A stretch of DNA of 64,000 bases from Antedon mediterranea (Eukaryota > Animalia > Echinodermata). The position numbers and the translations under genes are program-made. Below are positions 23,606 through 36,004 of the stretch, in pieces; the stretch's first letter is position 1; every line of letters begins with the position of its first letter. The DNA is taken from contig NC_092677.1 in NCBI RefSeq assembly GCF_964355755.1, forward strand, positions 6,346,101 to 6,410,100, given 5' to 3'. The notes beneath the pieces were generated by a model. It was not told where the DNA came from, made no database searches, and worked only from the letters and a program-made list of their open reading frames with translations.

Positions 23606-24000
23606 TTTTATTTATTTATTTATTTATTTATTTATTCAAGATCCAACAGTGTAAAGAAAAAAACACCAAAACAGGATCGCCATAAAATATACATTTTTTT
23701 GCTTCTCTAGCATCCAAATGTATGCTGGGTCCGACTGTTGAAGGGCTTCCTTGACTGGGTTAGCTTCTTAGCTTGACTAGGATCGCACTGAAGGAGATTG
23801 CTTAATTTGATCCATGAGTCACGATAGTATGGTTTTCGGGCTTGTACAAAGAGCAATCGTTTTGTTAATGAGTTATTTGGTTCTCGACAGATATGGGCTA
23901 TATACTTCAGGTAGTGAACATGTACATAGTCTTTTAGTGGAGTTGCACCGACGATATTTTCAACATCTTTATTTGAGAACAGGAGACTGAAAATTCCATA
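23606..24000 (-). mobile_element. 5'-truncated non-LTR retrotransposon 3' end (RTE/Proto2-like)
   Basis: An ATG-less open frame 23991->23707 reads FSLLFSNKDVENIVGATPLKDYVHVHYLKYIAHICREPNNSLTKRLLF...YYRDSWIKLSNLL...*. A (TAAA)n tract follows about 70 bp downstream (23606-23636). Confidence 0.55.
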
Positions 24001-24549
24001 AACTAACTTGGGGAATTCTACAGATACTTTGCGTCGGTCCTTAAAACTATATGATTCAATTCAATAGATGGTTGCTATTATATGTTAGAGCGCTTCATGG
24101 TCATTTAATTTAATTTACCACTTCTTCGAATTTCTTAAATGGGCCTATATTGTTATTAATGGTTAGGAAATAATAGTATCCGATATCTAAATTGCCATTT
24201 ATAAGCTACATATTCTATTAGCTTATAATGGCGTCAGAACTTCTTTTATGTCCGATCTTTTTAAAACATTGATAAACATCAATCGACATTGTTTATGTTT
24301 AAATATCCTGTTTACTGTTATGTTAATTTAACCATGTTTTAAATTTAAACATAAAATAACATTGATACTCTTAAAGGATAATATAAATTGTTGATTTATT
24401 TTAAAGGGAGCTTCTATCTCTCAAGATGTGGTGGCTTGCTTATCGCGTACATCATGTGATGAAACATATAGTTTCCACTGCACTTGTACACAACTACGAG
24501 GACGACGTAAGCGCACCGTAATTTGATAGCACGTGATTTGTAAAATCCC

Positions 24550-24788
24550 TTGCTGCGTTGGTCGTATCCTTAGGCAAGATACTTTACTTACGTTTGAGTC
24601 TTTCCACCCAGGTGTATAAATGGGAACCCAGTTAGATAAAAACACAACTTTGCGCTGATTACTAGCTGCATTATGGGAGTATGTTTCCATACGTGTTTGA
24701 TCCAAAAAAATGGCTGAGGTAATACTGTTTAGCCCTTAGAGGTTTCACAACATTATGCGCTAGATAAATCCAGGATATTATTAATTAT
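24550..24788 (+). mobile_element. SINE copy lacking a clear head (same family as 39292-39603)
   Basis: Shares GGCAAGATACTTTACTTACG...CCAGGTGTATAAATGGG.ACCCAGTTAGAT...TTTCCATACGTGTTTGATCC with the 39.3-kb copy. The tail GCGCTAGATAAAT...TATTA is more diverged. Confidence 0.8.
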
Positions 24789-25981
24789 GGTTATACGTAC
24801 GTTGCGTCCAAATGGAAATCAAGCTTGAATTTGAATGGTCCGCATAGTCGGCACAATCAAATATGAAAAGAGTGCAATACAGTATTCGCGAATTTTTGGC
24901 GGGAAGTTCTATTGCGTAAACATAAATTAACCATTTCTCAAAAGCTTTCATATCTCAATTTAATGCGGTCATTTTATAATAATGTGAAGTAATTTTTAAT
25001 CGTAAACTTTGAAATGTCGACAATAAGAAATGCTGTGATTATCTGTTTTAAGATTGAGTGTATATTTTACGTTTGTAGATAAGACTAGCGTCTGCGAATT
25101 AGTATTTACCATCAATTAACTGTCTCTTTATTAAACCGTGAGTAATTTGGTTGTATAATGCATAGGTTAATTGTTATTATCCCATCAACCACCATCGTCT
25201 TGGATAGAATTAATATACGTGTTTTCCTGCATTCGGAGAAACCAAACTGTAATATATTATACCTTTCGTTTGAGTCTTTAAACAAAATATACCTCAATAT
25301 CTAAATTATTTTCCATGAAATCAATTCACCACATAAGTAAATTGTTAATGATTTCCATTTCTTTCAAAATGCACTGATGTAATTTACATTAAATTATAAG
25401 TGGGTCGTTTTAACAATCAAACGAAAAACAATGCTGTTGTGACGTAATAACATTTTATTACACTCACTATATATTGAATTATTATCGTAATTGATTTATT
25501 GATTTTTCCGGTTAGATACAGTAATACAATTATAATAACATAATATATTACCACAATATAAGTTTGATGTTTGTCCCAGAAATTTGAACTCACATGTATG
25601 TATATGCACAAGACATGCGGTATATGTTGTTATCTAGGAGGCCTAACAATATTCACTGGATTTGTTAATTCTGTTTGCACCACTTTATTAACCATGTCCG
25701 TGTGAAGGATCCATCTTAAATGAATACAAAAAAAGTATTTATTATTTTAATATTGTGAGTGATTTTCGTATACAGGCCTAATGTATAGTATAGTTTTTTT
25801 TTTAATTGAAATTCCTGTTGAAATTCTTACCATTTTTTATTAAGGCTCAGTTTGTACACTGGAGAGGAATTTTCATTCCTTTCACCGTGTACTTAATATT
25901 ATGTCCATGCTTTTACCATAAATTTCTGGCCATTTCGGCCGCTGGGTATGAAACGCCTAACGCGTCTTAATGTACAATGTA

Positions 25982-26065
25982 CAAGGCAATCTAGCACTAG
26001 GAGACTGAGCTCACCTTGCCGAAATAGGAACTCGTAATAGTCCTTCGATCTTATGCCTGACTGTA
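25982..26065 (-). mobile_element. Partial copy of the CAAGGCAATC-TIR MITE family
   Basis: CAAGGCAATCTAGCA...ACTGAGCTC...AGTCCTTCGATCTTATG is the reverse complement of the right part of the 32992-33204 element. Confidence 0.65.
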
Positions 26066-28583
26066 CCAGCAGTACTGTTTTACTATATTACATATTTTCC
26101 GCGGCGCGGTGGTTGTTAAGGCGCGTGGAATTTATCGTTTCACAGCCACAGATAAAACTTTTTCATCTCCGGAACTCACCATTCTGTTGTCAGAGTAGGC
26201 CTATATAATATACAGGGAGGATACAAGGGATTATCTTACCATTGTCTTTATTTACCATTATCTCATATAGTTCGTATTTTTTTTATTAGTTGTTTTTTCC
26301 ACACCATCTTGATCGAATCTTAAGCACGTACGTTCACAATGTTATGCTTAATCTATATCAAAATTAATTAATGTGTTGGTTTAGTATTTGGAAACGTTAA
26401 TCAATTCTGTTATATGAACACATAAAATAAATTACATGATATCGATATACGTATAGATACTAAACGCATTCCTCCTTCTGGCCTACATACGTATTTTGCA
26501 ACAATGTGTTATGTGTCTGCTTTTGCACTATTGCAGACTAACAGCCATTATGACGTGTCATGAACGCACTTATAATGAATCAAAAATAAATATTGAAGCA
26601 AATTTACACAGCTGTAAAATGTATGATGTATACAAAGGGTTACATTAACATTAATTTCTACCGTGTTACATAAATATGAGTAATGAATATATGCATGATT
26701 TTATGAATAATGCCATAATAGAGATGCACTGGCCAAACCACATCACACATAATGCGGATTTATTCGTGTTACCGGCTGCATTCATTGCTGGGGTGAATTT
26801 TTAATATAATTTTTTCAACTTATCGCAATATACAACACAGTACAGTAAAAAAGTGTTTATATGGAATATACATCAGCGATTACGCGCCAGCATATGTGTT
26901 AAAAATAAGTAGTACACCGCATGCGCCTAATGAAGTACTGTAAACAAACGTATGTCTACCTGGATAACCAGCGCGATCTGTTGTAATAATACTACTACGA
27001 GTAAACATGCGCCAAATGTATCTGATGAGAGTTAGAGTAATAATTTAGCCTTTGGAAAATAAAGGCGCTAAAAATTATGAATGGATACACAAAACAGCCT
27101 GTTGAATAGAACAGTCAATCTTTAAATGAAAATACTGTCTCATTCAGTAACCACCGGGTGATTTAGTATGGAAGGTCGCAAGAGTCTTTTAAAAACGGAA
27201 AGAACATATTCAATCCACTAAACAATATACAGTAATAATAGTATGTGTTTATGTCAAATTCAGTTCATCGCGAGTTGTTTTCATTCAAGAATAATGCTGT
27301 GTTTAATAGCAAACTAGAAGGTATTGTGCTTATAGAAGTAGGCTGTTCAAGTAGTAACTAAAAAATCTCATTATAAAATACAATGCACGATAGTTTTCTA
27401 AGAGAAATTATTATAGAAATTAATATCAACTGAAGGTCGCTCGTATTTAACCATTAAACGAGCTTGGCATTCAACTATTTATATATCTGACATATCAATC
27501 GATTGACTTAGTCCAGACCCAGTAGAATAGACATATATTATGACTGATTGATTGAGTACAAACTTATTGATCGGTGTCAGTATTCAGTATTTTATTGGCA
27601 CTTATTTTAGCATCAATGGCGCACACCCTTTGCTGATGCGTTCATACATAAACAAACAACATATAAAACATAGTGCTATAAAAGGTCTGTGTCGATAATA
27701 AAAGAAATTATAATAGGTTTATGAAGGAGGACAAAAAGACGATGTCAGTGACGATGACGAAGTCATTGGCCATGGTTTTGATAAGAGTAAAATTAGTTAT
27801 TTTACTCGTTCCTGGTTAGATATTTGGCCCATGACGATGAAACTGTAGACTAGGCAAAACAAGCTAAATGTTATCCCTAAAAAGAAGGCCTTGGTATACA
27901 TACCATAGTAAAGTATGTCTGTCAGTAGGAAGTTAATTCTTTGTCTACACCATCCAACTTTATGGGACAAGAAAATATGGAGACGATGACTACCATTGAG
28001 CACATCACAATCTTTTGGTCAAACCAGGGACGAGTGAAATTAATTGTAATGTCTTTCCTGGTCAAATTAGTTTGATAGTGTAGACAGGGATTTACTCGCC
28101 TAATCGGTTAATTTTTTTGTGAAGATTTCGACGGTTTTTCTAAAATGGAAGTATGGAAGATTATTTTATAAATAAAATAACAATAAACTACAGACTTTAT
28201 ATCTTTTATGAATAATTCATGTTTTAAAACTTTCGCTTTCAGCGATGCCAAACCTGAATAAATGTTGGCGTTTTACCTTCATATTATTCACATTAATTTA
28301 AAAATGGCCTGATCTGTGTCAGGTTGAACCATTTTCGATTAATAGTCACATATATCCGGAAGGTTATTAAAATAAAAACTTTATATCTGAATGTTGATGC
28401 CATGCAATGAATTTAGTTTATTATAATTTAACACTCTTTTCGTAATGCTATAGGGTGTAATCTGTCTAAGGCAACATGGTTAGCCTAGATATGATCAGAA
28501 AGTATAATTCTGTGGTTGGTACACATGTTGCAGATTGGTTTCCAGTAATTATTGCAAATGGTCGAACAAGCTTTACCACGTAG

Positions 28584-28772
28584 CGGCCAATTTTCACGGA
28601 CGAGCGATAATATGACAATCGGTAACGGTAAGCGGAAAACGAAAAATAGAATCTACTACTGTATTGGCTTATGGCCATTAACATAGAATGCGGAAACAAC
28701 AAAGATTCTATATGCGGGATAAGCTACGCGGTTTTCCGCTTATCGTTACCGCTCAGTGTAAATTGGTCTTAA
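28584..28772. mobile_element. Degenerate Harbinger-like MITE
   Basis: Imperfect inverted ends GGCCAATTTTCAC.GA and TCAGTGTAAATTGGTC. A related end lies at 62257-62279. Confidence 0.45.
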
Positions 28773-28822
28773 ATTGGGCACAGTTATCGCTCCGGTAAAT
28801 TTAGTGTAGGAAACAACTTCCA

Positions 28823-29374
28823 GGGGTGGTGGGTCGTTTTTTAGGGGGTAGGGGTGGTGGGTCGTTTTTTAGGGGGTAGGGGTGGTGGGTCGTTTTTTAG
28901 GGGGTAGGGGTGGTGGGTCGTTTTTTAGGGGGTAGGGGTGGTGGGTCGTTTTTTAGGGGGTAGGGGTGGTGGGTCGTTTTTTAGGGGGTAGGGGTGGTGG
29001 GTCGTTTTTTAGGGAGTAGGGGTGGTGGGTCGTTTTTTAGGGGGTAGGGGTGGTGGGTCGTTTTTTAGGGGGTAGGGGTGGTGGGTCGTTTTTTAGGGGG
29101 TAGGGGTGGTGGGTCGTTTTTTAGGGGGTAGGGGTGGTGGGTCGTTTTTTAGGGGGTAGGGGTGGTGGGTCGTTTTTTAGGGAGTAGGGGTGGTGGGTCG
29201 TTTTTTAGGGGGTAGGGGTGGTGGGTCGTTTTTTAGGGGGTAGGGGTGGTGGGTCGTTTTTTAGGGGGTAGGGGTGGTGGGTCGTTTTTTAGGGGGTAGG
29301 GGTGGTGGGTCGTTTTTTAGGGGGTAGGGGTGGTGGGTCATTTTTTAGGGGGTAGGGGTGGTGGGTCGTTTTTT
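28823..29374 (+). repeat. G-rich 28-bp minisatellite (about 19.7 near-identical copies), predicted G-quadruplex array
   Basis: Unit GGGGTGGTGGGTCGTTTTTTAGGGGGTA. Only three substitutions were seen (29015, 29183, 29340). Confidence 0.97.
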
Positions 29375-32300
29375 CGAGGAAGTTGTTTATTCGGGGCGTT
29401 TATTTTTCGCGGTTTAAAATGGTAACATGTATAATCAAATAAATACCCCTAGATATGAAAAAATACAACACAATTAATATATAAATGTTTTAATTTGATA
29501 TTTTTTGTAACAAAATGTTTGGTAAATCGTAGATCATGTCTATCGCCTACTACAAATAGAAATGTGTTTTAAGACAATATTGTGTATATAATGCAGGTGG
29601 CGGGGCGTTTATTCGAGGAAATAAGGCCCTAGTTTATTCAAAATGATATTCTATAAGGGGCGTTTATTCAAAGCGGAGCGTTTGTTCGAATAAATTTTAT
29701 TTTCCAGTGGCACCTCTTTCCATTCCAGCTGTATAAAGCAAAATGTTGCCAAAGTTATTGATGAACTTGATTTTTTGTAACGTACGATTATATTGCCAGA
29801 AGACATGATCTGTCTTCAAGGTCGTTTGTAATCATTTTTTCTTTCACCGATTGATGTTATATTATAAAGATATATTATTTTTTATTGAAGAAGGTTGATG
29901 AATGCGTACAATTTCCATTAGTTATAATTATTATACATTTCTTATGTAACTTTTAACATATTAAGCAGAGACAAGTGGTGACATATTTTATTAGGGTAAA
30001 TATTGTTAAATATTTTTTGACAAATGATTATCTGTTAAGAGATAAGACAAACTTTATTATCTCCAAAACAGCAACCAGTATTTGAGTGAATCGGCGTTCC
30101 ATAGGTTAAAACAGAAGGGACAAGATGAAACATTTACATCTATTTGCTGAACTTAACCTATATTATTATTATTATTGCTGCCCTTTTCTTTGAGCCGCTA
30201 TGGAAGTATAGATGGAAAGCAATCGTTACAGTCAGGATTACCATTATATAGGACAAAAGTACAACCTTATATTTGGCATTATCTGCACCTCATAACATTT
30301 AGAAACAAATACTCTAATTTGAATGCCGCGGTACGAGCATGTAAACATGGACAACGCTATGTTGAGTAAGTATTCAAATCAAGATAATCTTATTAAATGT
30401 TCATCGTCGTGACTTAGAACATTATGTATCGTGTTATTAGATATAAACCCACGCAGCATGAATTGAAACTTTGTTCATAAGATTTAATATGAAAGAAATC
30501 TGGCTCTCACGGGTAGGCCGGTCTGGTCCAATCAATAGATGAGCCAATGGCGAATGGAGCAATTCTCACCGTGTGACTTAGTAATACAATAATCAATCAT
30601 CTTAGATACGCGTGTAGGCCTACATTCAGTAGGAAATGTGTGTGCTTTAATGTAGTTCGATAAGTTAGGAGTCACACTAGTTATCTTGCATACTAATTTA
30701 ACTTGACTTTAAAGCAACATAACAAACATGTCATTTTAAAAATAATTGTTTGTATCAAGCATTATACTTAATATTAATTACTATGCTCCACAGAGGCTTC
30801 TTATAAACTAGGATAGAGTTTGAACTGTATAATAATGACTATTGCATGTCATTTTCATGTAGTACTGGTGGAATACAATAACAGGACATGTCATACGAAC
30901 ATTTTTAAAACGTTGGACGTGCTTATTAAGAATTCTAAAGATAACAATACACCACCTGTGTTGTTGATACCTATTTGTGGAACTAGACGTCGGTTCGGTT
31001 CGGTTCGGTTTCGGCAATTATTATGTTACAAAACAGTGCAATGAATATAAACTGGCAGACATTGCTCATGCACAACAATATTTAGTACTACATTTTATTT
31101 TAAAATGTTTCTAATCAGAATCGTTTATGTTGTCGAACCCAATTTAGATGGATATCTTCATTATCCAGCGGTGTTCCTCAATAGAAAAGTCCCCTGAATA
31201 TGGGTTGGCCATAAGTGTTACATAATAACCAATATTCTATTCTCCTTTATTCATTTCATGAGACGGCGTCGCCTTAGTAGAGGTTGTCGAATAGGGCGTC
31301 CCAGAGAAGGATTTATGTTGTGGTTGCTTATCTCTCCATCCACGATTGAATCATGGTCGTCGTGTTCTGTACAATCGGTAGGTCAGCGTATTGTCGAACA
31401 GATTGTGTAGATAGGTAAAACTAGATATAACTTAAATATATATACGTGTTTTATTTGATACATTAGGGCTACATACCAACTACGTTACCACCACCAGCGG
31501 TAACACTGATATAAACACCATTTGCGGCCCACATACCGCATAATGCACTAAGCGTGTTACAACACGATACATTTTCATCAATAATAATAAATATGATTAT
31601 AATAATGTTAACAATTTCACAATTTTAATTTACCTTAATTTAGATTAATTTAGTAATACAGCTATGCCTATATTCGTGACGTGTACATTATTCATCTTGT
31701 CTTTTTGAACAGGTTATCAATGCCAATTAAACCATTACCAAATTCTAAAATAAACTAAACTCTATAGAACAGAATGATAAATATAATATACAGTTTTTAG
31801 GATAATAATAACTCCAAAAAAAGTTTGACGAACCATTATAAAGGTTAGTGTACACTATCAAACTAGTTTGACAAACAATGTCCAAATATTGTGTCACAAA
31901 GTTTGATAGTGTAGACAGAACTTGGGTTCAAAATAATATTGAATCATAATTGGCTTTTCGAAGTTTGTTTATAATCATTGAACAATATATTCCAATTATT
32001 ATTATCGTACATTATAGTAAGTAAAAATGACTTAATTTATTATGTTATAATCCGTTTAACTCTATATATATATTATTCAGTATAAAATACGCAAGTTCTT
32101 TTAGAATGTTTCCCTAGGTGAATCTTCGCACCGAAATCGAAGTCAACCATGAGGTCAGATTGGTTTTCCATTCTCGTGGTAAATTCGCCTTGTTTTAAAA
32201 AGTCATCGTTAATTCAAAGGCTACATTTTTTACCTGTGAAGATTCGTGTAACGGTAGCTAACTCTGAATTTGTCCAGAACTATAGTTAGGCCTACTCAGT

Positions 32301-32991
32301 TTGCACACATCTACATCTAATTTCTCCAGCTGATTATTATCTGATCAGCTAACCAGTTCACCCAGACAGTTACTAGTTTAAATCCAATTGAGCTTATGAT
32401 CTAGAATTCCCTATTTAGCCTCTAAAGCAATAGGCAGACGAATGAGCTTCGTCTGATGGCAGAACTCGACACGAATCGGCACTTAAGGGAGAAGAAAGTT
32501 ACTACCATCCACACCTGTGTGCAATTCAGCTTAGTTAGGCTGCAAGTCACGGATTCATGACGTTTAGTTGCATTTTATGCGTTAACCTTGATGCATTTAG
32601 GCCTACTTAGGAAATAGCTTGATGCATTCAAGACACGTGTTCGCCGCCTTTCACGGTGTCAGAATTCTAGAAAGATTTGTCAAATTCTTATTCTGATGTT
32701 ATTAAATCGAAATTATGGGTAAGAGTATTTAACAAATTATTAGTAACATTTAAGTTAGGACAATACATTCCAAAAAAATTATATGGCATATTAATAACAA
32801 TAACAGATCATGATAACTAACAGTTTTTTCCGCAGTTACTATTATTCTGGCAACCATCTGAATACAAAAACACATCATCGAAAATCAATAGCGTTAAGCG
32901 TAATTAAAATATTTTTTTACTATCGTTGTTATTGTTGTCACTTTTGATAGTGCCGAAACATATGTGCATTTTCTGAGCTGTTAGACAAAGG

Positions 32992-33204
32992 CAAGGCAAT
33001 CTAACAACATTATACTGAGCTACTAATCTCAAAGGGTCTATCTGTGGCTGACACACGATCAGTTTCACGCCTCCTTAACAGAAACAAAAAAAAAGAACAT
33101 GTACATACTATTAGTATTTCTCGCAGCCAGACATAAGATCAAAGGACTGTTAGGAGTTCAATCTTCGCTAGACGAGCTCAGTATTCTGTTGTTAGATTGC
33201 CTTG
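32992..33204. mobile_element. MITE with CAAGGCAATCTAACAAC TIRs (P-superfamily-like ends); dispersed family
   Basis: TIRs CAAGGCAATCTAACAAC / GTTGTTAGATTGCCTTG. Related internal sequence (TCGCAGCCAGACATAAGATCAAAGGACT or the CTGTGGCTG.ACACGATC block) recurs at about 11951-12020, 15950-16062, 33863-34063 and 63775-64000. Confidence 0.8.
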
Positions 33205-33452
33205 GTTAGAGACCTACATACAATTGGTAGCAGAACCTTGTGTGCTTTTGACAAAGTTTACAATTTTGTTTTAGAACGCGTACGTACAATTAATGATATA
33301 CCTGAAATTTGCCCAAATAAAATCACAAGCGACATAATTAGTAATTTTTACCGTTTGCTATTGTACAAATGTCTTGCTTTGTGCGTGTCGTCATTGCTCT
33401 AGTGTCGTCGTCTTCATGGCAATTATGAGCTTATATAATGTTAAGTACCGCA

Positions 33453-33620
33453 AAGCTCTGTCTATATTATCAAACTAGTTTGACAAACAAGTGTGATGTG
33501 CCCAAATATAGTAGTGATATTCCTAAATATAGTAGTGATATGACATCATCAAATCTCCATAATATATGGGCACATCACATTTTTGTTGTCACATAAAGTT
33601 TGATAGTGTAGAGAGAGCTT
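33453..33620. mobile_element. MITE with AGCTCTGTCTACACTATCAAACT-type TIRs (Harbinger-like); dispersed family
   Basis: Inverted ends AAGCTCTGTCTATATTATCAAACT / AGTTTGATAGTGTAGAGAGAGCTT. Relatives lie at about 16200-16265, 27900-28090, 31850-31922, 41075-41150 and 57557-57832. Confidence 0.8.
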
Positions 33621-33862
33621 AAGTCTTGCCGTGGCTCGGTCATATCCAGTCCTTGTCATTGTGCGATAACAACATCTTTGAGTATTCAGTTTGATTATTT
33701 TCAATACTATAGACCTAAATCAATAGTTTATATAATATTCGTGATAAAACCTATTATGAGAATAACAACTCCATTGCCGTTTCAGTTCTTTAAAGTGAGC
33801 AAATCCGATTTTTTTTTGCTATTATGAATCAAGACATCATTATAATTGCTTTGGCAAGATTA

Positions 33863-34063
33863 CAAGGAAACTAGGACGAAGACTCAGGATATCAAAGGGT
33901 TTAACTGTGGCTGGGACAAGATTAGTTCCACGTCCTTTATAAAAGACACCGCGGAGAGTTTACGTAGTACAGTTCGTATTTTTCGCAGTCAGACATAAAA
34001 TCAAAGGACTGTTACGATATTCTATCTTGACAAGGCGTACTCAGTGTCCTGTTAGATTGCCTT
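33863..34063. mobile_element. Diverged copy of the CAAGGCAATC-TIR MITE
   Basis: Colinear with 32992-33204 and ends in TGTTAGATTGCCTTG. Confidence 0.7.
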
Positions 34064-34109
34064 GCTATGACAAACTGTAACCCTCTGTGTTTAGTACACA
34101 AAAAGGGAA

Positions 34110-34437
34110 CGAGTGAGTCAGTGGCTGAGCGGTTAAGGCAGGGGCGCCGTTTATGCAGCAGCTAAAGAGCCAACAATATCGGCATGGGTTCGAGGCCTAG
34201 TTCTGGATCAACAACCATCAACAATTCAGATAAGGACTATAAACCGAGGTCCAGTGTGCCAGTGTTCACTTTAAAGGACCCAATTCATTATTCGAGACAA
34301 GTAGGGGATTACCCTGAGAACTGGTTCAAAAAATGTTCTGGGGATTACCACCTACTGTATATCCGAGGACAGTGATTCATTGATTCATGGTAATTCTTGG
34401 CCACATGTGCCTCTAAATACATAAATAAAATAAAAAA
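34110..34437 (+). mobile_element. tRNA-headed SINE with a Deu/Nin-type central domain
   Basis: A-box TGGCTGAGCGG and B-box GGTTCGAGGCC, then GATAAGGACTATAAACCGAGGTCC...CACTTTAAAGGACCC...TTCGAGACAAGTAGGGG resembling the DeuSINE/Nin domain, and an A-rich tail. A degenerate relative lies at about 48345-48480. Confidence 0.7.
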
Positions 34438-34873
34438 CATTACCGAGTACGTACACTGTAGCATCTTAGAAAACATTAGCCAATATAGCATACATTGAAT
34501 CGGATCTTTTTTAGGCCTACGTCACCGAATAAAAGTAAACAACTTCCGATTCGAATAAACTCACCAAATGAACAGGTTTTACGGTCTCTATAAATAAACA
34601 ACAATAATTGTATAATATTTTCTTTTTTAGATTTAGGAATAATGAGAAAAGAAAAGAATCTGAAGACAATGTGCGTCTCATTGTAAAAGGTAAGTTTCAT
34701 CATAGTTTATCAAATTTTGCGCAATTGCAATTCAACTGATCTCACCGCAGCAGATGCGATGGCGCATTCTTCATAATTCGTACTCTTTGTTTAACTCTGT
34801 TGCGGACGGTCTGTGTGTATTTTAATTCGCAGACATTGTATTATATTTAGTTTCTTTTCATTGTGTATGAGCT

Positions 34874-36004
34874 TCAGGCTTTATCGACTTCGGTTGATTC
34901 CATAGATTCTATACCAGTGTGCTTATTTACATGTTTCATACGAAATGTTTGACTGACAAACCGATATTCACTGCCGCTTTCATCAATCCGAGTACCTCGA
35001 AGAAACTCAAGTAACAGATAACGCTTAAAATGTCTGCGAAATGTTAGACTGGTGAATCCCAACGCAATAGGATTTGCACAGCAGTTGATATAGACAAGCA
35101 AAGGACCAAACTCTTGGACAGCATTGTTATTCAGAACAAACACACGAGCAGAGTCAATACTTCTCATTATATTAAACACCATCTCTGGCAACCAGCAAAG
35201 AGCAAACATGATTGCAATCACAAGAACGGCGATCGCCAGTCGTTTACGTGTTTTTGTCTGCTGGCTACGACTGGTCGTTCTTGACGACAAACGGCGAACA
35301 TTTTTCAGGCTAGCTATCAATTTCCGCGCCATCATGGAATATGACGTCCCGATAATCAAAACTGGGATACAGTAAAGCAACGCCACGCGTAAACTTTCGT
35401 AGATGATACTACTCATCGCCGATGGTGGCATTCGATCACATATGTAACTGTCTGCATGGATTTCAAAATCTTCCTCGGTCAAATAACTTGTGTTAATGAC
35501 GTCAAACAGGTGATAATACTCTGCAAACTGCACGATTGGTATTGCAAAACTGATCCCGAGCAACCATATTAAAATGACAACGTAGACGTAGAATTTTAGC
35601 AGTGAACTGACAAGTCGTCCCGTCGTACTAGTGATGACCACGTAACGATCGAGGCTTAGAACTGTCAAAGTAAGAGCGCTGACACTTTGTGATATTACTT
35701 GACAAGATTCCGAAGCTATACACATGAACATAGATGAATGCGACAACGCGTTTTCATGTCCGTGAATAGTTTTGGAAAACTGGTTCGGGAGCCAGAATAC
35801 TATAATCAGTAAGTCACCAACGGCTAAGTTCGTTAGTAAGACATTTGGAGCCGTTCTCATTGACGCGTTTAGCAGCACAGTGAGTAATATTAACACATTG
35901 CCAATTAATCCAACGATAGCTATTACCACAAACGTACACGTCATCAACACAATATAATGTGCACTGTTTTCATCATCATAATCAAAATCCTCTTCATCAT
36001 CCAT
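34874..36004 (-). CDS. Class A peptide GPCR of the bombesin (GRPR/NMBR/BRS3) / CCHamide / endothelin receptor group, intronless CDS
   Basis: 376-aa ORF with seven hydrophobic helices. Motifs GLIGN, MRTAPNVLLTNLAVGDLL, SVSALTLTVLSLDRY, RKRLAIAVL...FALCWLP and NCCANPIAL match bombesin-receptor signatures. A likely 5'-UTR splice acceptor TTTTATCTTTCAG ends at 36118. Confidence 0.93.
   Translation of the reverse strand: MDDEEDFDYDDENSAHYIVLMTCTFVVIAIVGLIGNVLILLTVLLNASMRTAPNVLLTNLAVGDLLIIVFWLPNQFSKTIHGHENALSHSSMFMCIASESCQVISQSVSALTLTVLSLDRYVVITSTTGRLVSSLLKFYVYVVILIWLLGISFAIPIVQFAEYYHLFDVINTSYLTEEDFEIHADSYICDRMPPSAMSSIIYESLRVALLYCIPVLIIGTSYSMMARKLIASLKNVRRLSSRTTSRSQQTKTRKRLAIAVLVIAIMFALCWLPEMVFNIMRSIDSARVFVLNNNAVQEFGPLLVYINCCANPIALGFTSLTFRRHFKRYLLLEFLRGTRIDESGSEYRFVSQTFRMKHVNKHTGIESMESTEVDKA

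Noticed and set aside
28823-29374. Interstitial telomere (contains TTAGGG)
   Set aside because: TTAGGG occurs once per 28-bp unit, not as a hexamer array.
35124-35957. Plus-strand ORFs overlapping the GPCR
   Set aside because: Antisense shadows of the GPCR CDS with no recognisable motifs.
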